64,000 nucleotides of DNA from Toensbergia leucococca (lineage: Eukaryota). The DNA lies in NCBI GenBank assembly GCA_022813965.1, contig JALDZS010000058.1, positions 1 to 64,000 of the forward strand, written 5' to 3'. The notes beneath the pieces are model-generated. The model was not told where the DNA came from. It was given only the letters and a program-made list of their open reading frames with translations, and made no database searches. Of this stretch, positions 26,630 through 37,962 are shown in pieces. The first letter of the stretch is position 1; each line of letters begins with the position of its first letter. Position numbers and translations under genes: made by a program.

Positions 26630-26758
26630 GGACCGCTAGCGTATGTAGTAGCGTGGTGGGTCGGACTGTAAGACCTGGGACCGCTAGCGTATGTAGTAGC
26701 GTGGTGGGTCGGACTGTAAGACCTGGGACCGCTAGCGTATGTAGTAGCGTGGTGGGTC
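26630..26758 (+). repeat. Tandem repeat, ~2.7 x 48 bp
   Basis: GGACCGCTAGCGTATGTAGTAGCGTGGTGGGTCGGACTGTAAGACCTG starting at 26630, 26678 and 26726. Confidence 0.95.
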
Positions 26759-26895
26759 CGGCTGAAAGCCTAGAGGGTCCAACCGTAAGATGATACAAGA
26801 GGGGCGCACCCCGCACCCGGTTTTTCGTGAGAAAACATTCATTCTTACTCTCACAACCGAACGCGATTTTGGCACGTTGTCATCGCAAGATTGGT

Positions 26896-27185
26896 ATGAA
26901 GCGTCCGTTCGAAGAAGGACCGCAGACGTGCTTTGGGTCCGGCCAGGAAGACAATGGGAGTTCGGCTCGTAAGCGACCGAAAAGAGGCGACAAATACATC
27001 TGGCCCGGGCATAGGGAGCTGGACTTCCTGACCAACGAGTATGGCTCAAAGTTCAACGTTGATGGTGCGACGTTCGGTAGCGTGGCGCGATACATGTGGT
27101 ACATGAGGGCCAAGACGTGGAGACCCAACGGGAACCTTGCGTGCCTGATTCGGGAGGCAAGGGACGAGGAGACGGCGAAGCCGAT
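26896..27185 (+). pseudogene. NADAR/YbiA-like N-terminal half with basic NLS-like motif
   Basis: ARKRPKR...LDFLTNEYGSKFNVDGATFGSVARYMWYMRAK...IREARDEETAK resembles the NADAR pattern FLSNFY-S-F-VDG-F-S-EHY-M-KA. Similarity is lost after ~27185. Confidence 0.55.
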
Positions 27186-27494
27186 AGGCTTGCCGGAGTG
27201 GGTCGACGTCCGACATTCATACACCGTGCCATCACCCGTGTCCAGTGCCAGACCGGTATCCCACTTCTTCGTCATCAAAGGCCCGTGCTTCGACAAGAGC
27301 CCCATCTGGTCATACCGTACCCTGAGCGACGTAAACCTTTCCGGTACATGGCCATCCCGCGCGCTGGGAATGGTCTTGACTTCCACGCCTCCACGGGTGA
27401 AATCTCGGACCATCGTCTCGTGTGGTTCGTACACGAACGCCATCACCCGGATCTGCTCCGACACGCAGAAAGCAGTCTACCTATCGCGTTTCTA

Positions 27495-30400
27495 AGAACT
27501 TCCTCAGGGTGCTAGTGAGTCCAAGGGATCCTGATGTTGAGTAGGTCATGCTTGATTGGTTTTTTTTTTAGAACCCCTCATGCTGACTTGATCATGTAAA
27601 TCAGTATTATTGCAGTGCATGACCTCAATCCAACCAATACCAATTTCCACAATGAAGCAACATGGACGGTTGAAGATAAGCTATGGTTAAGAGACTTTTT
27701 GCCTCCACAGTTGCCATTTACGCGAGTTTTGTTGTTTGACTATAATGCCGATATGGCTTTTGAGACCTCAGTCGCGGGAGTTTGAGAACAAGCTATAAAT
27801 CTGCTCAGCTGAATTGCATTCAAGCGGGAAGAGGCTGAGGAAAGACCTATCGCGTTCATTGCTCACAGCTTGGGAGGTATTGTTGTTGATGTTATCTAGT
27901 AATCGCAATACCATGAAAAGATAAGGGGAAGATGAGGAGTCTGCTGAGGGGAAATCCCTTCATATGTTTCCATTTGGCTTGTGTTTTCATTGGGAGTTGA
28001 GTATATAGATGAGGTGGTATCCCATCAAAAGTCTTTATCGAATAGAGAGTCTTTCAACTTACTAGTTAACCCAAAACTCATCCATCCAAATGATCACTGA
28101 TTCCTCAATGAACTTCTATTCATATAAATATCGATCCTAAACCTCAATAATTGTTGTCAAGCAAGCCTTGGTGGAAGCTAAACTCAATGATTCCTACAAG
28201 TCTATCTGTGAAGCTACATATGGAATTGCATTTTTTGGTACACCTTCCCAGAGAGGCAACATCGCAAAGTTAGGAGACATCGCTGCTTCTATAGTAAGAG
28301 GTGTACTTCAAAACCCGTCGAACACGTTTATGAAGGCGTTGAAGAAGGACTCACTGTTCTCTGATACACTTCTGAGAGACTTTCAACATCAACTTGAGGA
28401 TTATTATGTCTTGAGCTTCTTTGAAACGCTTCCGATAGGGAAGCTGGGTCTTGTACGCACCGAAACATCTATATCAGATAATCTGAGCTGAAAGCTGTAG
28501 ATCATAGACCAGAAATCAGCCACTCTTGGTCTCACCAAACTTCATGAGAGGCAGATACCTATGGATGTAGATCATGCCGGAGTCTGCGAGTTCAAGATTC
28601 CGGAAGGGGATGATGATGAGCAGGTTTCTTTCAACCTCTCATGACTTGTGGAGTCTGCGGTAAAGGCCGCAGCGGAAAGGGCGTGTATTGCTTCACTTAG
28701 CGTACCGTCATCGCAGTTGCTGTCTGAAGCTGCTCATACATAGCCGCCAGCAATGATTGAGGTGCTAGGCTTTATGTTTGAGAATTACCCTGAAATGTGT
28801 GCTTACTAGCTGTGGACTCCGTATAATGGATTGAAGCAGTGATGGATTAGGCTAATGCTTTTTGAGCAGCAGGCTTAGGCAAAGAAAAGACGCTCTTCCG
28901 GGTGCCATTCAGCCAAGACAAGCAGTTCGTTGGGCAAGAGGACATCATCAGCGACATCAAGGAAAAGTTAGAGACTGAGCAGCGTGTTACCCTTACCGGG
29001 ATAGAAGGCGTCGGGTATACCATTCAACACTCACATAATGACAGAACTTGACTAATAATTTGTTCAAATACAGCAAATCGCAGATAGCTATTGAATATTG
29101 CTATCGGTATTGAAGTAAGCATCCAAATCGCAGTATATTCTGAGTACATGCCAGTACCTTTGAAAGATTTGATCAAGCATACAAAGACATTGCAAGAAGA
29201 CTGAATCTACCTGGATGGAACGATCCTAAAACCAACACGCTTCAGGTTGTCTCTGACTGACTGACTGATGAAGATTATTCTCATTGACTTATGGTGCTGG
29301 ATAATGCTGATGACGCAGACATGTTTTTCAACCCTCAAAAGGAGACCTCCAAAGGGACTTCTTCAAATCAACGTGCTTTACTATTGTGCATGTATCTTCC
29401 TCAAACGTCCAAAGGATCAATACTTGTCACATCCTGAAACAGACATGCAGCATTTAGATTAACGAATAGAATTGAGCCTGTCATCAATGTGCTGCCAATG
29501 GAGGAAGAAGACGCCAAAACTCTGCTGCGCAAGTGATTACCTGATGATAAATCAAGTGAAGATGATATCATTGCTCTTGTAAAAACTTTAGAGCGCCTTT
29601 CACTTGCAGTTACACAAGCAGCAGCTTACATCAGCGTACAAAAGATGATGATGACAATCGCAAAGTACTTGACATATATTCAACAAAACGAGGAAATACT
29701 GTTAGCGGACATGAGGGACCTTCAAAGGGATCCTAGTGTACTGAATTCAGTCCTTGTAACGTGACAAATCTCCTTTGATCAGATTAAGAAGAGCTATCCT
29801 CGGGCTGCCGAGCTTTTATCGCTCGCAAGTGTTTTTGATTGACAAGGCATTCCAAAGTTTCTTTTCTATAAGGATAACAACTGTCTAGATTTTAAAGATG
29901 CTTTAGCTCCCTTAGACTACTTTGCCTTAATTACTTTTGAAGCTGACGATGAATGCTTTGAAATGCATCAGCTTGTGCAGCTTGCCATGAGAAAATGATT
30001 GCATATACACGGAGAGACAATTAAATGAGAAGAGAAGGCCGTAACGTTATTGTCTGAGTCCTTTCCAAGCGGTGACCACCAGAACTGAAAGATTTGTATA
30101 GCGCTACTGCCTCACGCAGAAGTAGTCCTGGGGTATCAGTATTCAAAGCAGCATTATTCTCTTCAGCAAGCTCAAGTTCTTCATAATACAGCATGATATC
30201 TATGGGCTCAAGGAAAGTATATTCCGGCTCTGAACCGAAGTCAAAAAGCCTTGAGTACTCACTGTCTGATTCTGAACGAGGAAGACTTAATAGTTCTAGC
30301 CAGCCTTGGACTCACGGCAACGATACAACAAAGTCAGGGGAAGTATGAGGAGGCTGAGGTGATGAACCGGCGGACGCTGGAGCTGACGGAGAAGGTGCTG

Positions 30401-30745
30401 GGAACGGAGCATCCCGACACGCTGGTGAGCATAAGCAACCTGGCGTGGACGCTAGAGAGGCAGGGGAAGTATGAGAAGGCCAAGGTGATAAACCGGTGGA
30501 CGCTGAAGCTGAGGGAGAAGGTGCTGAGAACGGAGCATCCTAATACACTGACGAGTGTCTGGTGCCTCACCTATCTGCTTCAGAGTCAGAAGCGATATCA
30601 AGATGCATCTGTTCTCTACCAAAGAGCAAGTATAGGCTATCAAGAGATTCTAGGGCTAAGTCACCCAACTACCTTGGCCTGCTTACAACACCATAAATTG
30701 ATGATTGAATTAATGAAGCAGCAACGCTCTGTTGAGGAAAGGTAA
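27495..30745 (+). pseudogene. Fungal NLR: SesB-like alpha/beta hydrolase, NB-ARC, TPR; many stops and a solo-LTR insertion
   Basis: IIAVH, LWLRDFLP, AHSLGG|IVVKQAL, GIAFFGTP; Walker A GIEGVG-intron-KSQIA (from 28998); Walker B LMVLDNADD; TPR repeats LGTEHPDTLVSISNLA. Confidence 0.92.
27884..28149. mobile_element. Solo LTR, copy 2, inside the NLR
   Basis: Exact ATTGT TSD at 27879-27883 and 28150-28154; removing it restores AHSLGGIVVKQAL. Confidence 0.92.
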
Positions 30746-31517
30746 AGCAGTTTATTCACCTATCTACCCCACCACCCACTGACATATCGCTGTTCAATTT
30801 ATATCTGGCGTAAAACTCCCATCACATTCTAGAATCATCGAGTTATTCACTGACTCATCGTGTAGTGATATATAAGCATACACAAATCAACAAGTTTGAT
30901 TGTTATAAAAGCATTATGTACTCATCATGCTTTATCCATATAAGCTCTTCGTACCCTTAGCGGATTGAATTCAGTTCTGTTATCTCCGTTGTACCCAATA
31001 GTGACTAAATGCAAAGACAGTTGACCAAGAGTCCTGAATTAGAAAGTATCTTTTCCGTCTCATTACCTGAGGTAGTGAAAATTTTAAAGCTAAATCTAAT
31101 GATACAACGTTGACAATGCGGTATACTCAATTGGCAGTACCAATGAAGACTGAGTGAGGCATCTGAAGCAGATAGTCCAAAAACATCTACTCCTTGAATC
31201 GCCCACTCCTCATCACAAGGTTATTCAAACACTAGGATAACGATCTCAGAATTTGATATAGCCAGGCATTGGTTCTTCATCTACCGCTCTAGATCCTACA
31301 CTCTGGCCAAGTGCTCAAATGATATTTAGGGTGGATGAAACATGGCAAGAGCAAGTGAGAAATAGCAGGTAGGGTTTAAGAGGAAGCACAAGGGAGCAGA
31401 GAGCGAGCGGATGACTCAAATAGTCGCTAGCGTGAGAGCAAAGCGGCGACGCATTAGTCAACTATCATTCATGTGTTGCCACAAGCTCGGGGAAATTATG
31501 AGATTATTTTTTAAAGT

Positions 31518-32919
31518 ATTGAGGATGGTCAACATAGAGAATATGGTGAGCATATCACCTGAATAGAATCATAACAATATGACACTTTATTCATTATATC
31601 AATTCATCCACCTCATAACCTCAATGCCAGCTCAAAGACGTGACCGTGGGCCTAAAATCAGTCCCTCTACCCATGAGGCTATAGCCTGTGCAAGAAAGGT
31701 TCAAGATCCCCCCTCATTGCCATACAGTTTTGAGCTACTGTCAATCAATCAACCATTTCTCAAATCAGCCGTCACGCCAACAAGCAGTCACAGTTGACAG
31801 GCTCTTTTTTCTATGCACACAGATAATGCAGCCTCTGGATCACACTCGGGCAGGTCACCTCTTTTACATCAAGATGATAGATAAAATGATTACCCTGACT
31901 ACTATGAGTAGTAGTTATGAATGGTGACATCAGGCTGAAGCAAAGTTACAGAAGCCTTTGAGGTGCTTGCCTCCGCCACCACTATTAATTATGTCTTTCA
32001 GAAAACTGATATAGACGCTATACTTCAAGATACAAATCTCTTCTCAAGAGGTTTTGTCTTTGGTATGAGACGTTGACTTTACATACACATGAGGAGCCGC
32101 TTGATGAATGGGATGAAATAGTCTTTACTGATAAGACTTCTGTTATATTGGAGATATCTGTGTCCCTGGTCAAGTCACACGCACCAAGGATGAGGAATAG
32201 GATCCTTCATGTATGAAAAATGTGTTCAAAACGCATTCTTGTTTTATTTTCTAAGGCGCCATTGCCTGTGAGTGGAAAGGTCCCTGTCATATCTATGAGA
32301 AAGAGACATCTGCGGCAAGGACTGCATCTAAGGAGGAGCTTAGAAAGAGGACATGATTCGTTGGGTAAAAGCAGAGAAGATCTGACTGACAAAGCAAAAG
32401 ACAATAGATCTATTCTTGGCTGCGGAGGGAAAGAAACGTCAAGGGTTTATCCTCAGCTCTGCATTACCTTTCAGCTACAGTTGTGATCTAAAGAAAAAGA
32501 AATTGACTGGTACCGCTACAACAGACACATCTTATGAGTACGTTTACTGCCTGCATACAAAGAGTTCAAAATAACTTATTCAAAAGCAATGTTAATGCAA
32601 GATGGAGCATTCAATCACACATCTCATTGAAATGATTGCATCTTCCTTGAGTTTGATACTTAGCTATTGAATTGGCCAGGCAATTCACCGGACCTCAACC
32701 CTACAGAACACATCTGGTGTCATTTTAAGGAGAGAGTAGCAAAGAGAAGACATTACATTCATGATTATAATCAGTTACATGCAGTGTAAATGAATGAGTA
32801 AGAGAAGCTAAATAAAGAACAAGATATCAACCCATTGATAAAGAAACCTAAAAAGGAAGATAACACAAGTACTAGAACATGATGGAAAAAATAACTTTCA
32901 TGGTCAAGCCACCTTAATA
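31518..32919 (+). mobile_element. Tc1/mariner transposon relic
   Basis: EWDEIVFTDKTSV, MLMQDGAFNH, WPGNSPDLNPTEHIW with stops and frameshifts; TIRs degenerate, so ends are approximate. Confidence 0.8.
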
Positions 32920-33136
32920 TAATATCATTGACGTGAATATTCAATTGTAGATGAAAATCATGATAATTGACCTTTTTATGATGTTTCATGCCAAGATGCA
33001 GTTCTTACATTGACTATTCTGAATACTTTCAAAATGACCTCATATATATGAATTCATGCGTCATACAGAAAACAAGTAGAGAATCAACGACATGAGAGAT
33101 AAAAGACAAGTGACAGAAAGCGTAGTATAAGAGAGC

Positions 33137-35920
33137 CTACACACGCAAAATAATCTTGTGCACCATTGCAATATGATGTTTAAAAACCATAACCTCTGAT
33201 AGAACTAGTCTCACTGCTTTGCACATTAGATGCAGACATGAGATTGAATCACCTAGTGTGAACCCTTTTAAGTGTCTTACAACCTCATTCATCATCTTGT
33301 TGATCTGAATATACTTAAACGTCCGTCCTTTATAAGATTTGCGTTTATTGCTGAGGTAGAAGATGTATTGCCTGAGCTTGCACATTTGAGGGAAATGATC
33401 TGTCTTGTTCTCTTCTGACTCTTTCAGAGACCCTTTCAGAGGCGTCAACAATTCACTCAATTTATCAACTAACTGTGTTTGACTAGAGCGGCGGCTCTCT
33501 TGTTGACCGCAAAATGCTACCCGGGCTTAAAGGGCCTCAATTCTCTGAGTATGCTTCTTATCATTTATAAGATCTGCAATTGACTCACAGGTCAACTGAA
33601 TAATATCACTTCACTCAGAAATATTGTATTAAAGAGGTGCAGAGGACTTAATGACTTCATCAAACACTGCAATATTTGAATCAACAAATTGAGTCTTAAG
33701 GATCACTATATCAGCATTTCAAAAATGTCACTTCCTGACCTTTTTGATTATTCAGTTTCAACAGTTAAATTTCTCTCAGTGCAAGGCAGCGTTCATCTCT
33801 TTCTTTTTTTTGAGCAACAGATCATTTGAAGGAGCTAGTCAGATGAGTTGATATTTCTTCTTCAGCTTCTTAGTGAGATCTTTGCTTGTACAATCAAGCT
33901 GAACTACCCGCTTGCTGTTTGCTAACTTCTTTAACAGCTTGTTAAACAAATTAATCAGGGCGTTAAGATTAACAGTTAATGTTATAAGCCTAGCCAGCTT
34001 TTGCATGACGTCATTGAAAGGGCGGCCTAAAAAGGCAGCTTAAGTATTGAATTGAACCTCTTAATTCAGATAGTATTGAACAGGGTTAGACTGATGATCA
34101 AATATCTGATCACAGACAGATAATAGCGCTTTGTCTATAATAATCTTGAGTATCAGCATTGACGTCATCAAAAGAAAAGACCGCAATGGTAGAAGAATTG
34201 ACTTACTGTTGACAGCGTTGACTAACTCACATTATGCACAATACTGAGTAAATGACTGCTTTAACCTAAAGTTGTGACTCAGTCATTGAAGGTAATAAAG
34301 TCATGTACCTGATCACAAAGGGTTAGTTAATGATGTGTAAAACCCATCTGCGGCGTGTTCAGACTCACCAAAGATAGGAGTATTAAGAACATTGCGTTTT
34401 ATTTTCAACTGCAGACATTTCTTCTTATAGGGAATCTTGACTCAGAAGATATTACTGATGTTTTTCAATGACTCAGCAGTAAACACGTCATCAAAAAGAG
34501 TCATGAAGAGTAAATAACTGAGAAGACAGAGAAGAGAGTTATCTTTTTACTCAATAATAAACGTCTTTCTGTTTGAGAACAATTCAGTAATAATATTGAA
34601 GGTGCATAGAGATAAGAGGAAATCTTACTCTCAGGGGCAATTATCTTCTCCTTTTATATGAGTGATTGTTACCTTGACAAATAGAATATTAGACGCATCA
34701 AGGATGCAGTTAGAAGTGATGATAAAAGTAATGTGTCTTCAAAGTAAGCACTCACTCTTATTTATATCAGCATCAACGCTATCATCAGTTTTACTGTCAC
34801 TGTCACTATTACAGTATGTGCTGACATTTTTATTAGTGTCAAGATTACAGTCTGAATTGTCAAGCATGACTCAATCATTCTTTCAGTTCATCTTCTTGTT
34901 AGTGTCTGAAGCTGCTAGATCTTTATAACTATTTTTTAGCCTGTTAACAGTCCTAGCATAATCAGTAAGCTTGTGAGCGTTGTTCTTATTCTTAAATCAT
35001 AGCCTCATGTCAAATATTGAGATCGGTCAGCAACCAAAATATAAAGTCATAAGAATGCTTATAAAAACATAGTTTCTTTGCTGCTTATCTTGACATACAG
35101 CAACATTATATACTCAGTGATAGAATAGGACATAATATAGATCATTAACACTGCTAATGCCTTACTTCTTCAGGAGTCTGCGGAGCTCGTATTTATTTAT
35201 GAGGACTTTCTTGTAGTATCAGCAATATAACAGTCAGTGAGGCCGGCCTCAATGTAAGAGTCTATACCGCAGTCTCTTACATTAGTCATATCTCTTCTAA
35301 TACTGTTATTTAGTTTATGACTGCTTTGATTCAGGATATGCATGTTTAAAACCTGTTAGTAGTTGTTTAGGCTGTTAGGACCAGGCTCAGAGTCTAGTCA
35401 TAGGAGTATAATTGATAAGGAGACTAAGACTAAGGAAGAAAGATATCTAGGTGGTGAGTGTTTACATACAAATACCCTCGGGTGATAGCGCTAGGCCCAA
35501 TGCGGCTAAGGTATATGTCAATGCCCTTAGGTCAGTGTTGAGGCTTAGTGAGCCAGCTAAGTCATAACACAGGCTCTCACTGACTCACACTCTCAGATAG
35601 TAATCTAGGGTTCACTGTAGAAATGTCTTAAAATCTTCTGCAAGGGCTGTTCAAAGAAAGCTTCCAGGGCATTTATTGATATTGAAGCAGAATCTAACCG
35701 TGAATTAGTGAGTCACAAGCATATATAGATAGTAGTGAAGGTTCAATATGACTAACCTGCTTCACTTCTTGAGGAGTGATGTTTTGCTTTTCTTGGTGTT
35801 GTCAGCATGCTTCAGACTAGTCTGACTCTATGCTGCAAGCTCCTGACAGAGTTTCTTATAATGACTCAGTGATTACTTGATAGTCTTGTGACGTGCCTGC
35901 GCAATTTTGCTGGCTGCCAT
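33137..35920 (-). pseudogene. DUF3435 tyrosine recombinase (Starship captain type), degraded
   Basis: CLL*RHITF, KVTITHIKGEDN, KTFII...LLCLLSYLL, FTQYCA*CELVNAVN (from ARRG, ~34210-34250), DQIFDHQSNPVQYYL, FNT*AAFLGRP, C-terminal FPQMCK...KMMNEV...HIAMVHKIILRV. ATG at 35920, introns present. Confidence 0.85.
35373..35569. mobile_element. Solo LTR inserted in the captain gene
   Basis: TGTTA...TAACA termini, TSD TAGGC/CAGGC; shares CTAAGGAAGAAAGA and TATCTAGGTG with the LTR at 5926-6097. Confidence 0.8.
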
Positions 35921-36549
35921 AGAACGTTGCTGCTACAGTAAAAGGTGAGTACAGCACTGCAGGTGAGGACAAAGGACAGAACGTGTTTAAAGCTTAAGCA
36001 GAAGGGTGTACCTGTCAGGAACTGGGCTTAGGCAAGAACAGCACAGCTGTATCAGGGGTTTAGGAACTATGATAAGGCTTGATCTAGGTACTGAGTACTA
36101 TACAGGACGAAAGACGAAGGAAACAAGAGGAGAACGAGGTTGAAAGGTTATTTAACCTCAGACGAAAAGGAGCACGCTAACGCGTGACTAGGCAGGGTCC
36201 AAGGCCTTGGCAGGCCTCTTGGCCTTGCACCATAACAGTACCAATAGAAGCGGCCTCATTGATACATAAAAAGGAATAAGTGATGCCTGATTCATCATGC
36301 AGATGGCTGTATAAAGAATAAGGCTGCTGTTTAAAGTGAGAAATAAAGCTTGAGGTGTCTGTGAAAGGAAGAGAAAATCAGGTATGATATGATTAAAGAA
36401 GGTCATGTCTCTGTTTATGATCACTGCTCTCCTTATCAAGAACAAGTCAGTGGTAAAATGCAATGTAAAGGGAGTCAGAATTGATTTTTAGTTGCGCCGC
36501 GCCATGAATTAGATCCTTGTTTTTACTTTTCAGTTCAATACTTCATTCA

Positions 36550-37850
36550 GTAGAGTGTTGCAGAGGCCTTCAGTGTTCTAGCAGCTTAAAGTGACTACTG
36601 AATCATCTCTTTTTAGCTGCTCAAACACTTAAAAAAAGATACTAACTATTATAGCTGTTACTCAGTAACACTCTGTCAGATACTTATTTAGTATTTCTCT
36701 TCTGTACCTTTAAATCTTTATCTTTAGTGTTTTATTTAATTATATCTCTATAACTAGACTTTAGATCTGAATATAACAATTTATTATCTTATAAAAATAA
36801 GAATTTCAGTATAGTGATAATTTTACTCTTCAGTAACTATAAAGATAATAATAATTATAGTAATATTAATAGTTATTGCAGAAGTTTCACTCTGACAGTC
36901 TTTACTATTAATCTCAGATAAGACTCTCTGTGCTTTATTATCTGAGTCTTTTACTTTATTTAAGATAACTGTCTTAAAAAGAGCTTGTTTTAGTTGTTAT
37001 ACTGTAATGATTAAATTTATCTTATTTTTCCATAGATTCTGTGATTTAGTTTAATAGTAATCTCATAGTTTATAAAGGTGATTATAACTCTTTATCTTTC
37101 TCTTTAACTCAGTAAAATTTATCTGATTAGTTTAATGTTACTCTTTCAGTGTTATTAATTTATTAGATAATTACTAATTTTTATATTAAACAGCTGTTAT
37201 TGATGCAGTTAAATTAAACATAACATTTATTTAATTGTAAGATTGTTGCTGTATACTAACTAAAAAGTCTTCTATGAATTAAATTGAGACTATTTTAGTA
37301 TTATGCTTATTTAAAAGACTTATTAAATCTTTATCTTCTTTAATAATATTAATAATGTGACATTTATTTCTTAATTCATTATAATTATCATTATAATTCT
37401 TATAATTATCTTTTTACTTAAAGTCTTAAGTCTTACTAAAGTCTTAAGCTTCTTAATTGTTATTATCAGTAATTGTTTAACTCTGACTTTACTGAGAATT
37501 AATATTTTATGAAGGTGAGTTAGTAATTAGAGAAGAATTGCTTTAATCTGTGATATCTTTTATTATAATAAATTTTCTTAGTATCTTATCTGCACTGATT
37601 TAGAGTCATATTTACTGCAGAGACAACATTATTAACAGTGATAACACTCAGACTCTTCTCACTAAGAAGATCAACTGTATAATACTAAAATTATGTCAGA
37701 GTCTGACTCATTGATTGTAAAATTAATAGAATTCTAATATATAGAAGAAACTATCTACAGGTGAGTCATAAATATTATATGACTCACTTAACTCTACACT
37801 AGTACTGAATGAGGCATAGCACTAAGATTATAACTCTATCTCACACATTT
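36550..37850. mobile_element. AT-rich RIP-degraded relic
   Basis: AT-rich; ~36680-36760 resembles ~6982-7055. Confidence 0.55.
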
Positions 37851-37962
37851 ATAGATTTGCCTAATGAAATCATGACACAATAGCAAGACCCTTAATATAA
37901 GTAGAACATAAACTGCCTTGTACAAATCTCTGCATGCAAATGCTTTTGCTGTGAAGTGAGTG

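Larger units (their letters stand above)
16000..36500 (-). mobile_element. Putative derelict Starship element, boundaries uncertain
   Basis: Captain at the right end pointing into a ~17-kb run of mutated NLR, secreted and fragment genes. Termini not identified. Confidence 0.5.

Noticed and set aside
26630..26758. CRISPR-like array
   Set aside because: Units are fully identical with no unique spacers, there are no cas genes, and the context is eukaryotic.
19019..28149. One retroelement bounded by the two similar LTRs
   Set aside because: Each LTR has its own TSD and there is no gag/pol between them.
27600..30250. TGA read as Trp (alternative genetic code) in the NLR
   Set aside because: TGA also sits at Arg positions, TGG is still used, spliceosomal introns are present and an LTR disrupts the gene.
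14468..37924. TTGTACA direct repeat at 14468 and 37918 as Starship ends
   Set aside because: A 7-bp match picked after the fact could be chance; it needs an empty-site alignment.
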